From Octopus vulgaris (Eukaryota): a stretch of DNA of 64,000 nucleotides. A model generated the notes under the pieces. The model saw nothing but the letters and a program-made list of their open reading frames with translations, was not told the origin of the DNA and made no database searches. The position numbers and the translations under genes are program-made. The first letter of the stretch is position 1, and each line of letters opens with the position of its first letter. Shown here piece by piece: positions 31,246 to 44,993 of this stretch. The stretch is from assembly GCA_951406725.2 (NCBI GenBank), contig OX597820.1, positions 44,082,001 to 44,146,000 on the forward strand, written 5' to 3'.

Positions 31246-31692
31246 GATATTACACACACACACAGAACGAGAGAGAGAGAGGGAGAGAGAGAGAGATGAA
31301 GTCAAACTATCACAAATGATTAAATCTATATTCATTTTTTAAAATAATACTGAAAGATATACACATGTATAGACTGAATATCAGGAATAGACAGATGTAT
31401 GAAAACAAGATTCTGAGAATTCTTGGAAATGATTATAATATATATAATATGGAAGGAGTTTCTGAAAACTCGAAATGGTATGCTAGAAGAAAACGGTGGA
31501 AGAGTGGGAGACAAAAAATGATTAAGAGGCCGAGAAAGAAAGAGAGCTCTTTTTTTTTTTTACTCTATTACTGGTTCCAGGCAGCTAGCAGTGGCCTTGT
31601 TACAGTAGCCACCTAGATTGGTTTTAAAATTAAGACGGCAAAAATATAAAGAAATACATTCAATTGAGAGTCTGAGTGTTATATTGGTAATT

Positions 31693-31749
<57 letters not shown>

Positions 31750-32029
31750 TTCTACATATACATTTTTACACACATATATACTTATACATATACAGTCATA
31801 TACATATATACAGGAGTGAAACTGTCTATAAATGTATTTGGTTTTATGAGTGTATGTGTGTATAAGCTTGTATATGCATGTGTAAGTGTGCATCAATGCA
31901 TGTATGATATATTTTCTATACACACATACGCATATTTTTACATACAAAATATATATAGTGTATGTATAGTTATTGTTTATATGTATGTTTATGTATATAT
32001 ACAGTCAAATATATATATATTTCTTTTAT

Positions 32030-32105
<76 letters not shown>

Positions 32106-32400
32106 ATATATATATATATGTGGATATATTTATATATGGATATATGTGTGTGTATGCATGTATCTATGCATGTATGTGTGTCTGAACATATATATGCGTT
32201 TGTGTGTGTATTTATTTGTATGTTCATGCATTTATATGTACGTGTAGAGTGTTTATATAATCTGTATGTATATGGGCATATTTATGTGTATGTACATATA
32301 GATATATATAATACATGTATGTATATATAGATATGTGTGTATATATATATATATACGTATTGTGTGTGAGCTTATATATATATATATATATTTATATATT

Positions 32401-32434
<34 letters not shown>

Positions 32435-32754
32435 TGTATGTATGTATGTATGTATGTATGTATGTATGTATATATATATATATGCACAGAGAGAGAGATG
32501 TGTACATGGAGGGGTGAAACTGATGTGCAGACTAGCAAAGAAAGAGATACGAAGAAAGGCAGAGAGAAAGAGAGAGAGAGAGAAGTGTGTTCGTAGGGGT
32601 GGGTTGGTGGGTGAGAATGAACAAATGCGTGTGAGAATGAACAAATGAGAAAAATGAGAGAGGGAATTTAGTTATAGGATAGGAAAGCTACGGGGGAATA
32701 ATTGTTAAATTAGTGAATTGAGGCTCGCATACCCTACGGGGAGGAAATAGCGAC

Positions 32755-32767
32755 TGACCTTTGACCT
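32755..32767. promoter_or_regulatory. Perfect DR1 nuclear-receptor element (TGACCTTTGACCT)
   Basis: Exact AGGTCA-A-AGGTCA on the minus strand in non-repetitive sequence. Function not shown. Confidence 0.3.
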
Positions 32768-33113
32768 ACTAATATTCACTTAATGGAAAATCATTTAGCT
32801 TGGCAAGAACATGGTCGTGGGGTGAGGGATGATTGCTTTATGCGATGGTTGTGAATAGTTACGTTTCGTATGCATCTCCATAAGTTACAAGTTATGGGAG
32901 ATCAAGGAGTTGGGGTAACGACTGGAATTCGGAAAGTAATACAGAAAATTAATAAACAGATAGGAAATAGTATAAAATAGCCAAAAAGCAATATGTGTGC
33001 GCGCGAAAACACACACTCACACACATACATACATATATACATATGTACATACGTACATACATACATATACGCACGTAGATGTGTATATGTGAATGTGCTG
33101 GTCGATATCTGTA

Positions 33114-33179
<66 letters not shown>

Positions 33180-33427
33180 CATACATATACGCACGTAGAT
33201 GTATATATGTGAATGTGCTGGTGTATGTCTATGTGTGTATATATATATAGAGAGAGAGAGATAGATAGATATAGATAGATACATACATACATACATACAT
33301 ACATACATACATACATACATACATACATACATACATACATACATACATACATACATACATACATACATACATACATACATACATACATACATACATACAT
33401 ACATACATACATACATACATACATACA

Positions 33428-33461
<34 letters not shown>

Positions 33462-33499
33462 CATACATACACACCTACCACAAAAATTAAGAAATCTGA

Positions 33500-33757
33500 A
33501 TAAGTAGATATCTTCAAAAAGGAACTAGACATCCTCCACTCCACAATACCGGATGAACCAACAACCCCACATGAGATGCAGACGAGGGCAGCGGAATCAA
33601 ACTTTCTTATACACCAAATGGGCCAATAGCTGGGACAAAGGCACATACAGGGGTGGTGATGTGAAACACCGCAGACTGAGGAAGTCAATAAGACCGCGGT
33701 GATGCTCCAGCATGGCAGCAGCCGCATGGCTGAAACGAGTAAAAGAATAAAAGAATA
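33500..33757 (+). mobile_element. CR1-group LINE 3' end (subfamily with a TAAAAGAA tail)
   Basis: 'VDIFKKELDILHSTIPDEPT...RAAESN.L.HQM' matches the end of ORF 17313-19250. Tail tgctccagcatggcagcagccgcatggctgaaacgagtaaaagaataaaagaat. Confidence 0.8.
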
Positions 33758-35425
33758 TATACATACATGCATGCATGCATATATGGGTGTGTGTATACGA
33801 GTGAATGGACAAAAGAAAGAAAGTGGCACTCAATACATTTTGTAGGATTCATATTATTTTATTAACGGTTTGAATCGATTTAAGTTTCGTCGCTATCTTC
33901 CATGAAGTTCTTCCATGATACCCATGCATATTGGCTTCCAAAACCAATTGCTTTGGTCACATGGTTCTTCTCTTCAATATGACAAATTACTTTGATTAAA
34001 ATATCACGTCTACTTTTTCTTTTTTATTCGTGGGGTATCCATCGGTGTTCCCGGCATCTTACGTATCGATTCGTCCCATTCCAAGATGGTCTTTCTCACC
34101 TCAACAACTTTTCTCACAATCCTATCCAATGTGAACAATATTCGCATAGCAGCACAAACCATGGTTCCAGCCAACTTGATACCATTATTTGGTTGTGGCC
34201 TTTCACCCTTTCAAACACCTCTAGCAATAATGTTAAAGATATATTCCTCTAGTGAATGTCGGGAAACTAAGACTAACTCTTCTGTGAACTTCCTAGCATA
34301 CTTTTCTATTTTATCTGATATTTTTAATAGCAAACGAAGCACTTCGAGTGGACATAAGAAACCGGACAGAAAGTCAAGTCAAACTGTAGTTGTCATTGAC
34401 AGTTAATTTCTATCTCAACTTGGTATCATTTCAATAACACCCTTAACATCAATCAAAGGTAGTAGATAGATAAGAATAAAGCGTTTAACTGCCTGTTATT
34501 TGACCGTTGGCATTAGCTTGCGTTCAATTTCAAACCTGAATTGTTTAACTAAGAGGTTCCCAACCATTTTTTACCGATTTTTACCTATAAATCAGCCAAT
34601 TTATAGGCTGATTGTAAGACGAAGTTATAGGTTAAAATATATAAGCTAAGCAATACACCAACCAATAAGCTTAAAGCTATAGGTTAAATTATATGCTATT
34701 AAAAATTATAATTTGATTTGTCCAATAAATATATACATTATAATAAATACTCTTAGGTTAAATTATATGCTTATCTATAGGTTGATTAAATTTTGCTAAG
34801 CCTAAGAATTTATGAGGCATTTATAAATAGATACAAAAATTATTGAGATTTTTATATCAAAAGTAATGTTTAAAAAAAGCTATTCATCAATAGGATAAAA
34901 TCTATAAGCAATAAGCTTACAAAATTTAAGCAAAACTATAAATTCATTGATTAATAGATCAATGCACAAAATTACGTTTTACTACTGGCTAAAAGTCTAT
35001 AATTCATAGATAATTTAAAAAATGAAGATTGATGTCAATACTAGAAAATTGTTCCCATTTTTATGGTATATATATATTATATATTTTATCCTACAGATAT
35101 TTGAATTGATGATTCTATATTTAATTGATATTCGGTGATTCCATTCTATGAGTAATAGGGGATTCAAACTCTATAGACGAAAATTATAGATTAAATTTTA
35201 TAGGTAAAACAAAGGCAGCTTCATTGGCTGAGTTATATACACAAACGCATAAATTAGAATCGAAATGCTAAACTTTAAGGTGATTTTAACTTTAAGGATA
35301 CCTTCATAGAACACCGAACACTGCGTTATAAGCCTTTAGGAGATCCTCTGATATAGGTGCTTGGTCTATTAAAGCATAGCTATAGATCATAGCTGACGAT
35401 TTTCGTCTGTCATAGGTGCCGGAAT

Positions 35426-35469
35426 TCCAATATCAAGTAATTTCGTTCTGTTGGAACTCATCAGTGGCA
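35426..35469 (-). ncRNA. Type-I hammerhead ribozyme motif
   Basis: Minus strand: UGCCA-CUGAUGA-GUUC caaca GAAC-GAAA-UUACUUGA-UA-UUGGA. Canonical core and perfect stem II; stem I partly mismatched. Confidence 0.6.
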
Positions 35470-35883
35470 AGCACCGGGTGCGGGCATGACTGTTAAACCT
35501 TGCTGCGACGATATATAGAATTGCAGCATATTTTCAGACGCTGACATCACAAATAGCCAGCAGATTTATTGAAAATTAATTATTAGCGACGGAAGCTGTA
35601 TTAATACCAAAAGATAATCATTATATCCAATTAAACATGGATGCCTTATTAGAACCCCGAATACTGCATTATTAGCCTTGAGAAATCCTCTCGTAAAGGA
35701 GTTAGGTGCATAAAAGCACACACATAGATCGTAGCAGATGAAATTTGTCCGTCACAGGCGCTGGAATTCCCATATCACGTGCGTTTTTTATATTAATACT
35801 GCTTCCATCACTGATAACTAATTTTTGATAAGCCTACTGGCTATTTGTGACATCTTATCCTGAAAAGGTTTTGGAATTCTATG

Positions 35884-36031
35884 GGCGTAGGAGTGGCTGT
35901 GTGGTAAGTAGCTTGCTTACGAACCACATGGTTCCGGGTTCAGTCCCACTGCGTCGCACCTTGGGCAAGTGTCTTCTACCAAAGGCTTGTGAGTGGATTT
36001 GGTAGACCGAAACTGAAAGAAGCCCGTCGTA

Positions 36032-36108
<77 letters not shown>

Positions 36109-36357
36109 TATGTATGTATGTATGTATGTATGTATGTATATGTTTGTGTGTCTGTGTTTGTCCCCCCAACATCGCTTGACAACCGATGCTGGTGTGTTTA
36201 CGTCCCCATAACTTAGCGGTTCGGCAAAAGAGACCGATAGAATAAGTACTAGGCTTACAAAGAATAAGTCCTGGGGTCGATTTGCTCGACTAAAGGCGGT
36301 GCTCCAGCATGGCCACATTCAAAGGACTGAAACAAATAAAAGAGTAAAGAGTAAGAG
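35884..36357 (+). mobile_element. SINE family A, full length
   Basis: A/B boxes, internal (TA)n(TATG)n, tail ggcggtgctccagcatggccacattcaaaggactgaaacaaataaaagag. Confidence 0.9.
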
Positions 36358-36401
36358 ATATCGTAGCAGTGAGATTTGACTGGCATGCGGTCAACTGGTG
36401 C

Positions 36402-36445
36402 TCCCACTGATGAGGTCCAATAAGACGAAATCATGTGATATGGGA
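36402..36445 (+). ncRNA. Type-I hammerhead ribozyme motif
   Basis: UCCCA-CUGAUGA-G-GUC caauaa GAC-GAAA-UCAUGUGA-UA-UGGGA. Perfect 5-bp stem I, canonical core, near-palindromic stem III. Confidence 0.65.
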
Positions 36446-36919
36446 AATCCTGTGGTCCATGACAGACGAATTTCATTTCCTACGACTTATGTGTGTACTT
36501 TCATTTTGGCTTATACAAAATATTCTTACGTAGCCTCATCGTTCATATAATGTTTTCTTTCTTGGTTAATAAATTCTCCTTATGTCCCGAAAAGTTTCAG
36601 ATTCGTTGATCGTCGTACGACAATATCTACTTCCAATTTTGCATAAATTTAATTTCTATCCTCCTCCGTTAAGGTTGCTTGTCCTTCTTGATTCTCCTCT
36701 ATTTTTTCCCAATTCTTATTTCTTCTATTAGCCCTGCTTTTCCCCAATTTTTTTTCCTGTATCTTCTCTGCCTCTTTCGACTCAATTCTCGCTGTCGTTC
36801 GCTATGATCACAGTCCACAGCAACGCACGAAAGACCGTTTCGATAACAAAATAATTTAAGACACCCGTATTGCTGATATATTGTTATGCACATTTAACGA
36901 AGGAAGTTAAGCATACAGT

Positions 36920-37268
36920 TAACCCTGTCCGCGTAAGAGAAGCAGGGCTATTGTAATCGCTCATCTTTGTTTGTTTGTCTGTATGTTTGAAAAATTACTG
37001 GAAAACGATTGAACGGATTTTTACCAAATTTGGCAAAAATGCTCATTGGATGACTTTTGGTTTGATTATCTCAAAACTGGCAGACAGACGAATCAAAATG
37101 CTTTATTTTTTTTCTTTGTTACAAATATATAAACGATAAACAGGGGAAATAATTCTTGGTGTCATTTTGTTGAAATATAAAATCGTCTAAGAATATATTC
37201 ATTAAAATAAATTTTACTTTATCCTTGTGTGTGTGCAGGGTATGCATCGCTCCTCCGATGCCTTTTTT
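36920..37268 (+). mobile_element. Non-autonomous Helentron/DINE-1-like (HINE) element
   Basis: 5' sub-TIR accctgtccgc with its 3' partner gtgcagggt. (TGTT/TGTC) tract, 'gaacggatttttaccaaatttggc' core, 3' stem-loop gcatcg-ctcctc-cgatgc followed by a T run. Confidence 0.6.
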
Positions 37269-37584
37269 TATTTTTTCATTAATGTATAGATAGATGCGAA
37301 AAGAATCCGTATCCAACACATACCGTTACATATACTTTACGAAGGAAGTTAACAACATGTTTATTAATATACAGGTAATAGAACAGATAGATTTTCAGTC
37401 TTCAAAACAATGACTTTTTTCTGAGATGCATTCTTAAATCATCGGGTAAAATAAAAAGATGAAGTCAGACAAACACTAATGTCATGTGCGCACATACACA
37501 CACACACATACAAACCCCAATGGCGTGTACACACACATACATCCATTCCCTCTTACACATACATAAACACAGCCAACTGTCTGG

Positions 37585-37630
<46 letters not shown>

Positions 37631-38112
37631 ACCAACAACGTCGTACGTACGTGATGAGTGTAGATATGCACGTGCCAGTAGCGTTTATTTGAATCTCTCT
37701 GTCGAGCTATCTGTCTCTTGATTTCTAACTATCTCTTCCTTTCTTATTCTCTCTCCCTCCCTCCTCCCTCTCTCTCTCTCTCTCTCTTTCTCTCTTTCTC
37801 TCGCACACACTCTTTCACTATCCCATTTCTACAGCGTTGCTGAATTTTTTACACCACAGGAATTTATCGTTAGCACTTTAATGAGATAAATTGAAAAATG
37901 TAGCCAGTAAATTAGCTACGGGTGTATAGGTAACAATTATATGAAGTACTATACGCTAAACGTATCATTTAGTCGGCGGGCTAAATATATACGGCTATAT
38001 CCAAAACTGTAAGTTTAATTATGTGCTGATCTATAGGCTGAATTAGGTTGATATCTGGGATAAAACGTCATAATTTATATAATTACACAAATTGTTAATC
38101 AACTATGGATAG

Positions 38113-38395
38113 ATAGATGGATGGATGGATGGATGGATGGATGGATGGATGGATGGATGGATGGATGGATGGATGGATGGATGGATGGATGGATGGATGG
38201 ATGGATGGATGGATGGGTGGATGGATGGATGGATGGATGGATGGATGGATCTGAAAAGACGCATGGCCTAGTGATTACGATGTTGCATTCATTTATGATC
38301 GCATAGTTGTTGTTTCGATTTACTGACCAGTGGTACGTTTCGTTCTTGAGCAAAACACTTCACCTTCACGTTGCTCCAGTCCGCTCAACTATATT
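38113..38395 (+). repeat. (GATG)n microsatellite followed by a tRNA-derived SINE head (38258-38395)
   Basis: Pure GATG run, then gcatggcctagtgattac ... gtttcgattt ... gttcttgagcaaaacacttcac. Confidence 0.7.
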
Positions 38396-38449
38396 GGATA
38401 ACATTGACTTGAATACACACACATACACACACACACACTCACACACACA

Positions 38450-38537
<88 letters not shown>

Positions 38538-39064
38538 CATACATACAAGTCATACACTTTACCCTACACTCTTTTCATAATTTATATCTAAATTATGAGT
38601 TTTCTATAAGTTAATCTTTAAATCAATTTCCATAATAGTTTATTATAAAATCATACCATATGTAAGGTATAGTTATTTAAGCCAATATCAACTCACATTT
38701 TGCCTTTAATTCCATAGGCTAAAAGCTATAATTAATTTAACATTTTATATATACAATAATCATGCTAACCTAACAACATTTAAGTTAAATCATACAGATA
38801 CAAAAGTATATGCTAAATTAGTAATTGTTCAATATCTATAATATATATGATTAAAAAATCTGAGATTCAGCTTAAATATACATTTAAAACATTTTTTATG
38901 GTATATATTTCTAATCGTGGTTGCTTTTTTTATCTTTTCAATAGACAATCTAATTATTGAAATAACATCCAATCTATAGGCCTCGCAATAAGTCAAATTG
39001 AAAGTCAACGGTTAAGCAAGTTCCTAGATTTAACCATGGTCAAACGTGTTGTATTCTTTTATTC

Positions 39065-39235
39065 TGTCATTCTTTTACTTGTTTCAGTCATTTGACTGCG
39101 GCCATGCTGAAGCACCGCCTTTAGTCGAAGAAATCGACTCCAGGAATTATTGTATGTAAGCTTAGTACTTACGGTTGTCAAACGATGGTGGGGGGGGGGA
39201 CAAATATAGGCACACACACACAAATATATATGTGT

Positions 39236-39289
<54 letters not shown>

Positions 39290-39447
39290 CGGTTTTCTTT
39301 CAGTTTCCCTCTACCAAATTCACTCACAAGTCATTGGTCAGTCCGAGGTTATAGTAGAAGACTTGCCCAAGGTGCCGCGCAGTGGGACTGAACCTAGAAC
39401 TATGTGGTTGGGAAGTAAGCTTCTTACCACACAGCCACGCCTGCGAC
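39065..39447 (-). mobile_element. SINE family A with internal deletion
   Basis: Reverse complement of the family A head and tail. Confidence 0.8.
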
Positions 39448-39599
39448 TTATAGGAAATAGTTTTAACACAGCCTATGACAGTAAAGCCTGGAATTGGGCC
39501 TAAAAATATTATAGGCTAAAAAGTTATAACTGATATATCATTGATTATATATAGAAATATATATTTCCAAATCAAATATGTGTATTGGGGGAAGAGTCG

Positions 39600-39870
39600 T
39601 CTCCCCTGTTATAGACAACAGATGAGGGCTCTGCAATTTCTTGCACAGATGATTTGTTTATAGTGATCAAATGTTTGTATACATAACAGCTGACACCTTC
39701 CATCAAATCGACATTGTCTGTACAGGTGTACGATGTGCCACACGTGGTCACAGAGTAACATCCGATGAGATGTTTTGCTCAAGAACACAATGCACCGCTC
39801 GGTCCGGGAATCGAAACCACGATCTTGCAATAGTGAGTGCAACATCCCAACCACTAGATCACGAGCCCTC
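39600..39870 (-). mobile_element. tRNA-derived SINE (family C)
   Basis: Minus strand gctcgtgatctagtggttgggatg ... ggtttcgattcccggacc ... tgtgttcttgagcaaaaca. Confidence 0.7.
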
Positions 39871-40029
39871 ATATATTCGTATTTCTAAGTTACAGGTCAG
39901 AGTACAGGATGAAAGCTACGGGCTGTATAATAGGCAAATTTATTGGCTAATTTTGACCACATAATTACGGCGAGGGAAAGAATGGTAAGTTGTTACGTTC
40001 ATGCTTCCTCATAAAATGTATTACGCTTT

Positions 40030-40575
40030 TAAAGGTTCTCAACTGGGATCTACATGAACCTTGGGGATTCATATAAGAATTTCTGGTTAAAATTTATGTG
40101 CAATAAATTGCTTATACTTTTACAATGCACAAAATATTTTTAATTTTATTTAATCATAAAAATACATAGGGATTTTTTTATACATACCGAATAGCTATGG
40201 AGGTCCAATATAGTAAAATTGTAATGAAATGGACCCATAAGCAAAAACTGGTCTAGATAAGGGGTTCTCAAGTGGGAGTCCATATGGCCCCTGAGGGTCC
40301 ATATATGGTTTTGGGAGGTCCACACAACAAAATAGTATTTTAAGGACCCCGAAAAAATTAGACGTATATATTTGTATGTGTTGCAAAAAACCGCTTGGGT
40401 TCTTTCTCTAACATTTCACATGGTTCAACCTACACAAGTTCATGCGTAGAAAAGAAAATAGGTATTTTGAAAGAAATTTCTATAAAACAAGTTTGTAAAC
40501 ATCGAATGGGTACAGGGGTCACCAGAATAAAATAGTAATCAAATGGGTCCATTGATAAAATATTGTTCTAGATCT
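40030..40575. mobile_element. Two adjacent hAT-like MITE copies
   Basis: Both begin aggggttctcaa/aggttctcaac and contain gggtcca/ggaccc subterminal motifs. They are bounded by tctaga sites. Confidence 0.45.
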
Positions 40576-41019
40576 AGAGGAACAGAAGCAATTTTAAAGC
40601 CGTTCCATATAGTACAGCGTGTCAGATAGTCACGGCCACCATGCCAGGTTTCTTAAGACGGCCTATGTATCGCGTCGGATAAGGGGTTACTAGGAAGCAG
40701 GGAATAGCGGAAGTACACCCACATTCAGAACCGACTATCATGGTGCAGTAGATTCTGAGAGAGAAGAATCAAACCCAGTATTCGATTAGTAGTTTATCTA
40801 TTGACCACAACAGGACGAAATGGAAATCTGGAACTAGGTGGGATTTGAACTCCGAACGTAAAGAGCTGGAACAAATGCAGCAAGTCATTTTATCCGATGC
40901 TCTAATGATTCTCCTAATCAGCCTCAGTTAAAAAAAAAAAGAAACAAAAATATCTAAGACTAATTATCATCAATGTCATCTTTTTTTTAACTGAAGAAAA
41001 ATAATACTAGCAATGAAAG

Positions 41020-41433
41020 AAGAGGTGGAGAATGAGGAAGAGGAGGGGGAGGAGAAGGAAGAAGAAGAAGAAGAAGAGGAGGAGGAGGAGGGAGGCGGTG
41101 AAGGACAAGGAGGTGATGGTGGTGGTGGTAGATGATGCTGCTGATGATGATGATGACGATGAGGATAACGACGACGATGAAGAGAAGGCGAAAGAGAAGG
41201 CCGATGACGGTGGTGACGATGATGATGATGATGATGGTGGGGATGGTGGGTGACAGTGACAACGTCGACGTCGATGACATCAACGACAACGATGACAACA
41301 ACAACAAAAGCGACGACGCCGGAGTCAATATTAGTGACGCCGAACAAGTCAGTACAGTACTAATTACAATATAATTATTTTGACAAAATTATCATGAATT
41401 TGATGTAGTCATTAAGTTGCACCTAATCATCAT

Positions 41434-41505
<72 letters not shown>

Positions 41506-41663
41506 TCATTATCATCGTCGTCATCATCATTATCATCTTCATCGTCGTCATCATCATACTTATATTACCATCAGCATCATCTTCATCATCATCATCATCT
41601 TCATCGTCGTCATCATCATACTTATCATTACCATCAGCATCATCTTCATCATCATCATCATCG

Positions 41664-41736
<73 letters not shown>

Positions 41737-42165
41737 TATCATTGTCGCTTATTCCCTTCATCATCGTCAGAATCATCACCAATACAAATTCTCATTATCA
41801 ACACCACCGCCACCAACGCCACCACCGCCACAATTATTATCATCAGTATCACCACCCCTAACTACCTTCATCGCTAAATCATTAGTCATCACCATCATTA
41901 TCATCATCACAACCATACCCTTGTCATCGTTGTCACCACCACTAACAACAACTGCTAACATTGCCTCCATTAAGTAATTCTCACCACTGACATCATCATC
42001 ATCATCAACACAACCACCATACCGCCACCACCATCATCATCATCATCACCGTCACCATCCTCATCATCACGACCAGTATGCCACCACCACCGCCATCATC
42101 ATCACTTTGCTCTTTCCTCATCACCTCTGTTTTCATCATCATCATCATGAGCAGCAGCAGCACTC
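41020..42165. repeat. (GAG/GAT/GAC)n tract followed by an opposite-sense (CAT/CAC)n tract
   Basis: Imperfect trinucleotide runs. Confidence 0.85.
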
Positions 42166-42318
42166 GATGTCTATTTCCATTTTATGTCTAAATACACCGT
42201 GAAGTGTCAGTAAAAGCAAAAAGAGCGAATGAATCAGGGGCTTTGTATGCAGAATTTCTAACCGGTCTTGAGTCCAAATCTCGCCATTTTCCTAATTAAA
42301 ATTCGTTCTAGAAACAAT

Positions 42319-42700
<382 letters not shown>

Positions 42701-42720
42701 ATAATAATAATAATAATAAT

Positions 42721-43260
42721 GAGGCAGTGGCTCTCATGGTTTCTGGCCTTAACTGATTGGAAGTGTCATCATGAACACGTTTTGTCTTGGTATAAAAGAT
42801 GGGCTACAACAAATATTCTGCTCAATACCACAGATTTACTTCTCAGTTGTTTGGCCTTAACAATTTGACCATGTCCATTAGTGGCTGACGATGCGTGCAT
42901 CTCTGATCACCAGCAGAAATAGTAGGGGAGCATCATAGCCATGTGTTGAAAGGAATTCTTTGTGGTTTGAATAATTCACCGCTGGAAACAAGGGTGTTTC
43001 GTTCACCATCCTTAAACAAATTTTATACAGAAATCTTTTGAGCTGGATGGACTACTTGACCTGAAGAAAGTTCTTGCTGGGCCCCCATCCGCTAGGTCAT
43101 GAGCTATGTATCTTGATATGAGGTCACCATGTCGCACGCAAATGGTTGTGACTCATGTGCCCGGTGTACCCTTATCAGATGGGTAGTCATGATGGGTATA
43201 TTGGGCTTCGTATATTTGTACCCCTGTGTCACTTTGATGGCATGCATTGCTCTCTCACTC
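42721..43260. mobile_element. Interspersed element embedded in (AAT)n
   Basis: ~540-bp block of higher complexity with (AAT)n directly on both sides. Family not assigned. Confidence 0.45.
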
Positions 43261-43604
<344 letters not shown>

Positions 43605-44199
43605 GAAAACATGTCTAGTTATATGACTGTCCTCTTTTCTGCGAGCAAGTTACACAGCTACGAACCTTGTATTACAAATACCTAAACCGAAACATTCACT
43701 GACGCTGTTGTTAAATAATGAATATGATACCACAGAGAGTGAATTTAAAACTTCCAAATCAAAAATTCCATCAGAATAGATGAAGGTCAAACTCATCGAA
43801 TTGAGAAATGGTAATGACTTGACCAAGATTCGAACCTCGAAACAAAATGGTAAAACAATGGGTAAAAGATAAATGTACTTATGAAAGCTGTTTTGAATGA
43901 AAAATGTAGATCTTACCGCACTGAATAATCGCCTCCAAGCTTCAGCTTTGATAACCAATGCACTGTGTGGCATTCAAGTAAAAAGAATGACTTAACATTT
44001 GAACAGGAAACCAATATGAGAAGAGGATAAGAAATAAAATTAGAATTAGTAATAGAATTAGAAATAAAAAGAAAAAATTAAATTTATTCAATATTAACCG
44101 ATTTTGTGAAACTAGCCTCATCTCTTGTTAGACTATGTTAGCCTCAATTGAGTACGTTAATCACTGTGATAGATTGGTCAGTATTTGCACTGGACCATA

Positions 44200-44993
44200 T
44201 GCCATCAGTTTCGAGTCCAATCTAAGAATGACTGATAGGAAAATAGGCCTATCAATAAAGACATCACTTTTCTTTGCGATTTTAGTATTCTAAATTATTG
44301 AGATATTGAGGTCAGATATTGTGATAAAAATCACATCAACAAAACGTGTTTGCTCTATATCAATCCTAGAAGACTGCAACGCCTCAATGGAAAAGGTTTC
44401 AAAAATGAAGTAAATACAAGAACCTTGAAATAGAAGTTTCAACAACTTGAACTGTGATCATCGGAACCCTCAAATATGATCAAGTATCAGGAAGCCCAGA
44501 AGTACCAGAATTATAAAAGATTGTTCTCGTGAGCATAGCCCACATCCTAAGAAAAACATTGTTGACTTGAGAATATCTGAATCTTTTTAAATCTTTCAAA
44601 ATCGCAAATAACACAAATTTTGATTAAATATTACTTCTCGGTATTTAGTCTCGTTCCCTGAAATATATCATTACTACTGACAAATAACACCCATAATAAA
44701 ACCTATTCGTGGTGTCGCTAGGTAAAACTTGGAAACATCTGGATGATCTTGTCTCAAAGAAATCTAAAATATTGTGCTGACAGGAACTACCCAGATCCTC
44801 AGAAAAAACCTATCAATTTAAGTGGCTCTGCTTTATTATATGAAAATATTTCGCTACAGTCCCTGCCACTTTCCCTCCCCCAAGCTTTCAGTCATACTGT
44901 AACATTTCTTATCCTTCACTCGCCCTAGGACGCTGGTCGTGTCTCGGTAAGTGATTGTAACAAACGTGGAAATCAAAAGTAAATAATAATAAT
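44200..44993 (+). mobile_element. R4/Dong-type LINE 3' end with (TAA)n tail
   Basis: RLE remnants 'RSDIVIK...TCLL', 'EL*KIVLVSIAHILRKTLL'. The 3' UTR ends aatcaaaagt(aat)n. Confidence 0.6.

Larger units (their letters stand above)
35295..36503. mobile_element. Hammerhead-bearing tandem and inverted repeat (retrozyme or Penelope pLTR-like), split by a SINE
   Basis: Direct repeat 35295-35440 / 35639-35781 (period ~342-344). Inverted copy 35791-35882 + 36357-36503 of 35380-35607. Confidence 0.65.

Noticed and set aside
33058-33235. 120-bp tandem duplication within microsatellites
   Set aside because: Real, but ordinary slippage or unequal exchange.
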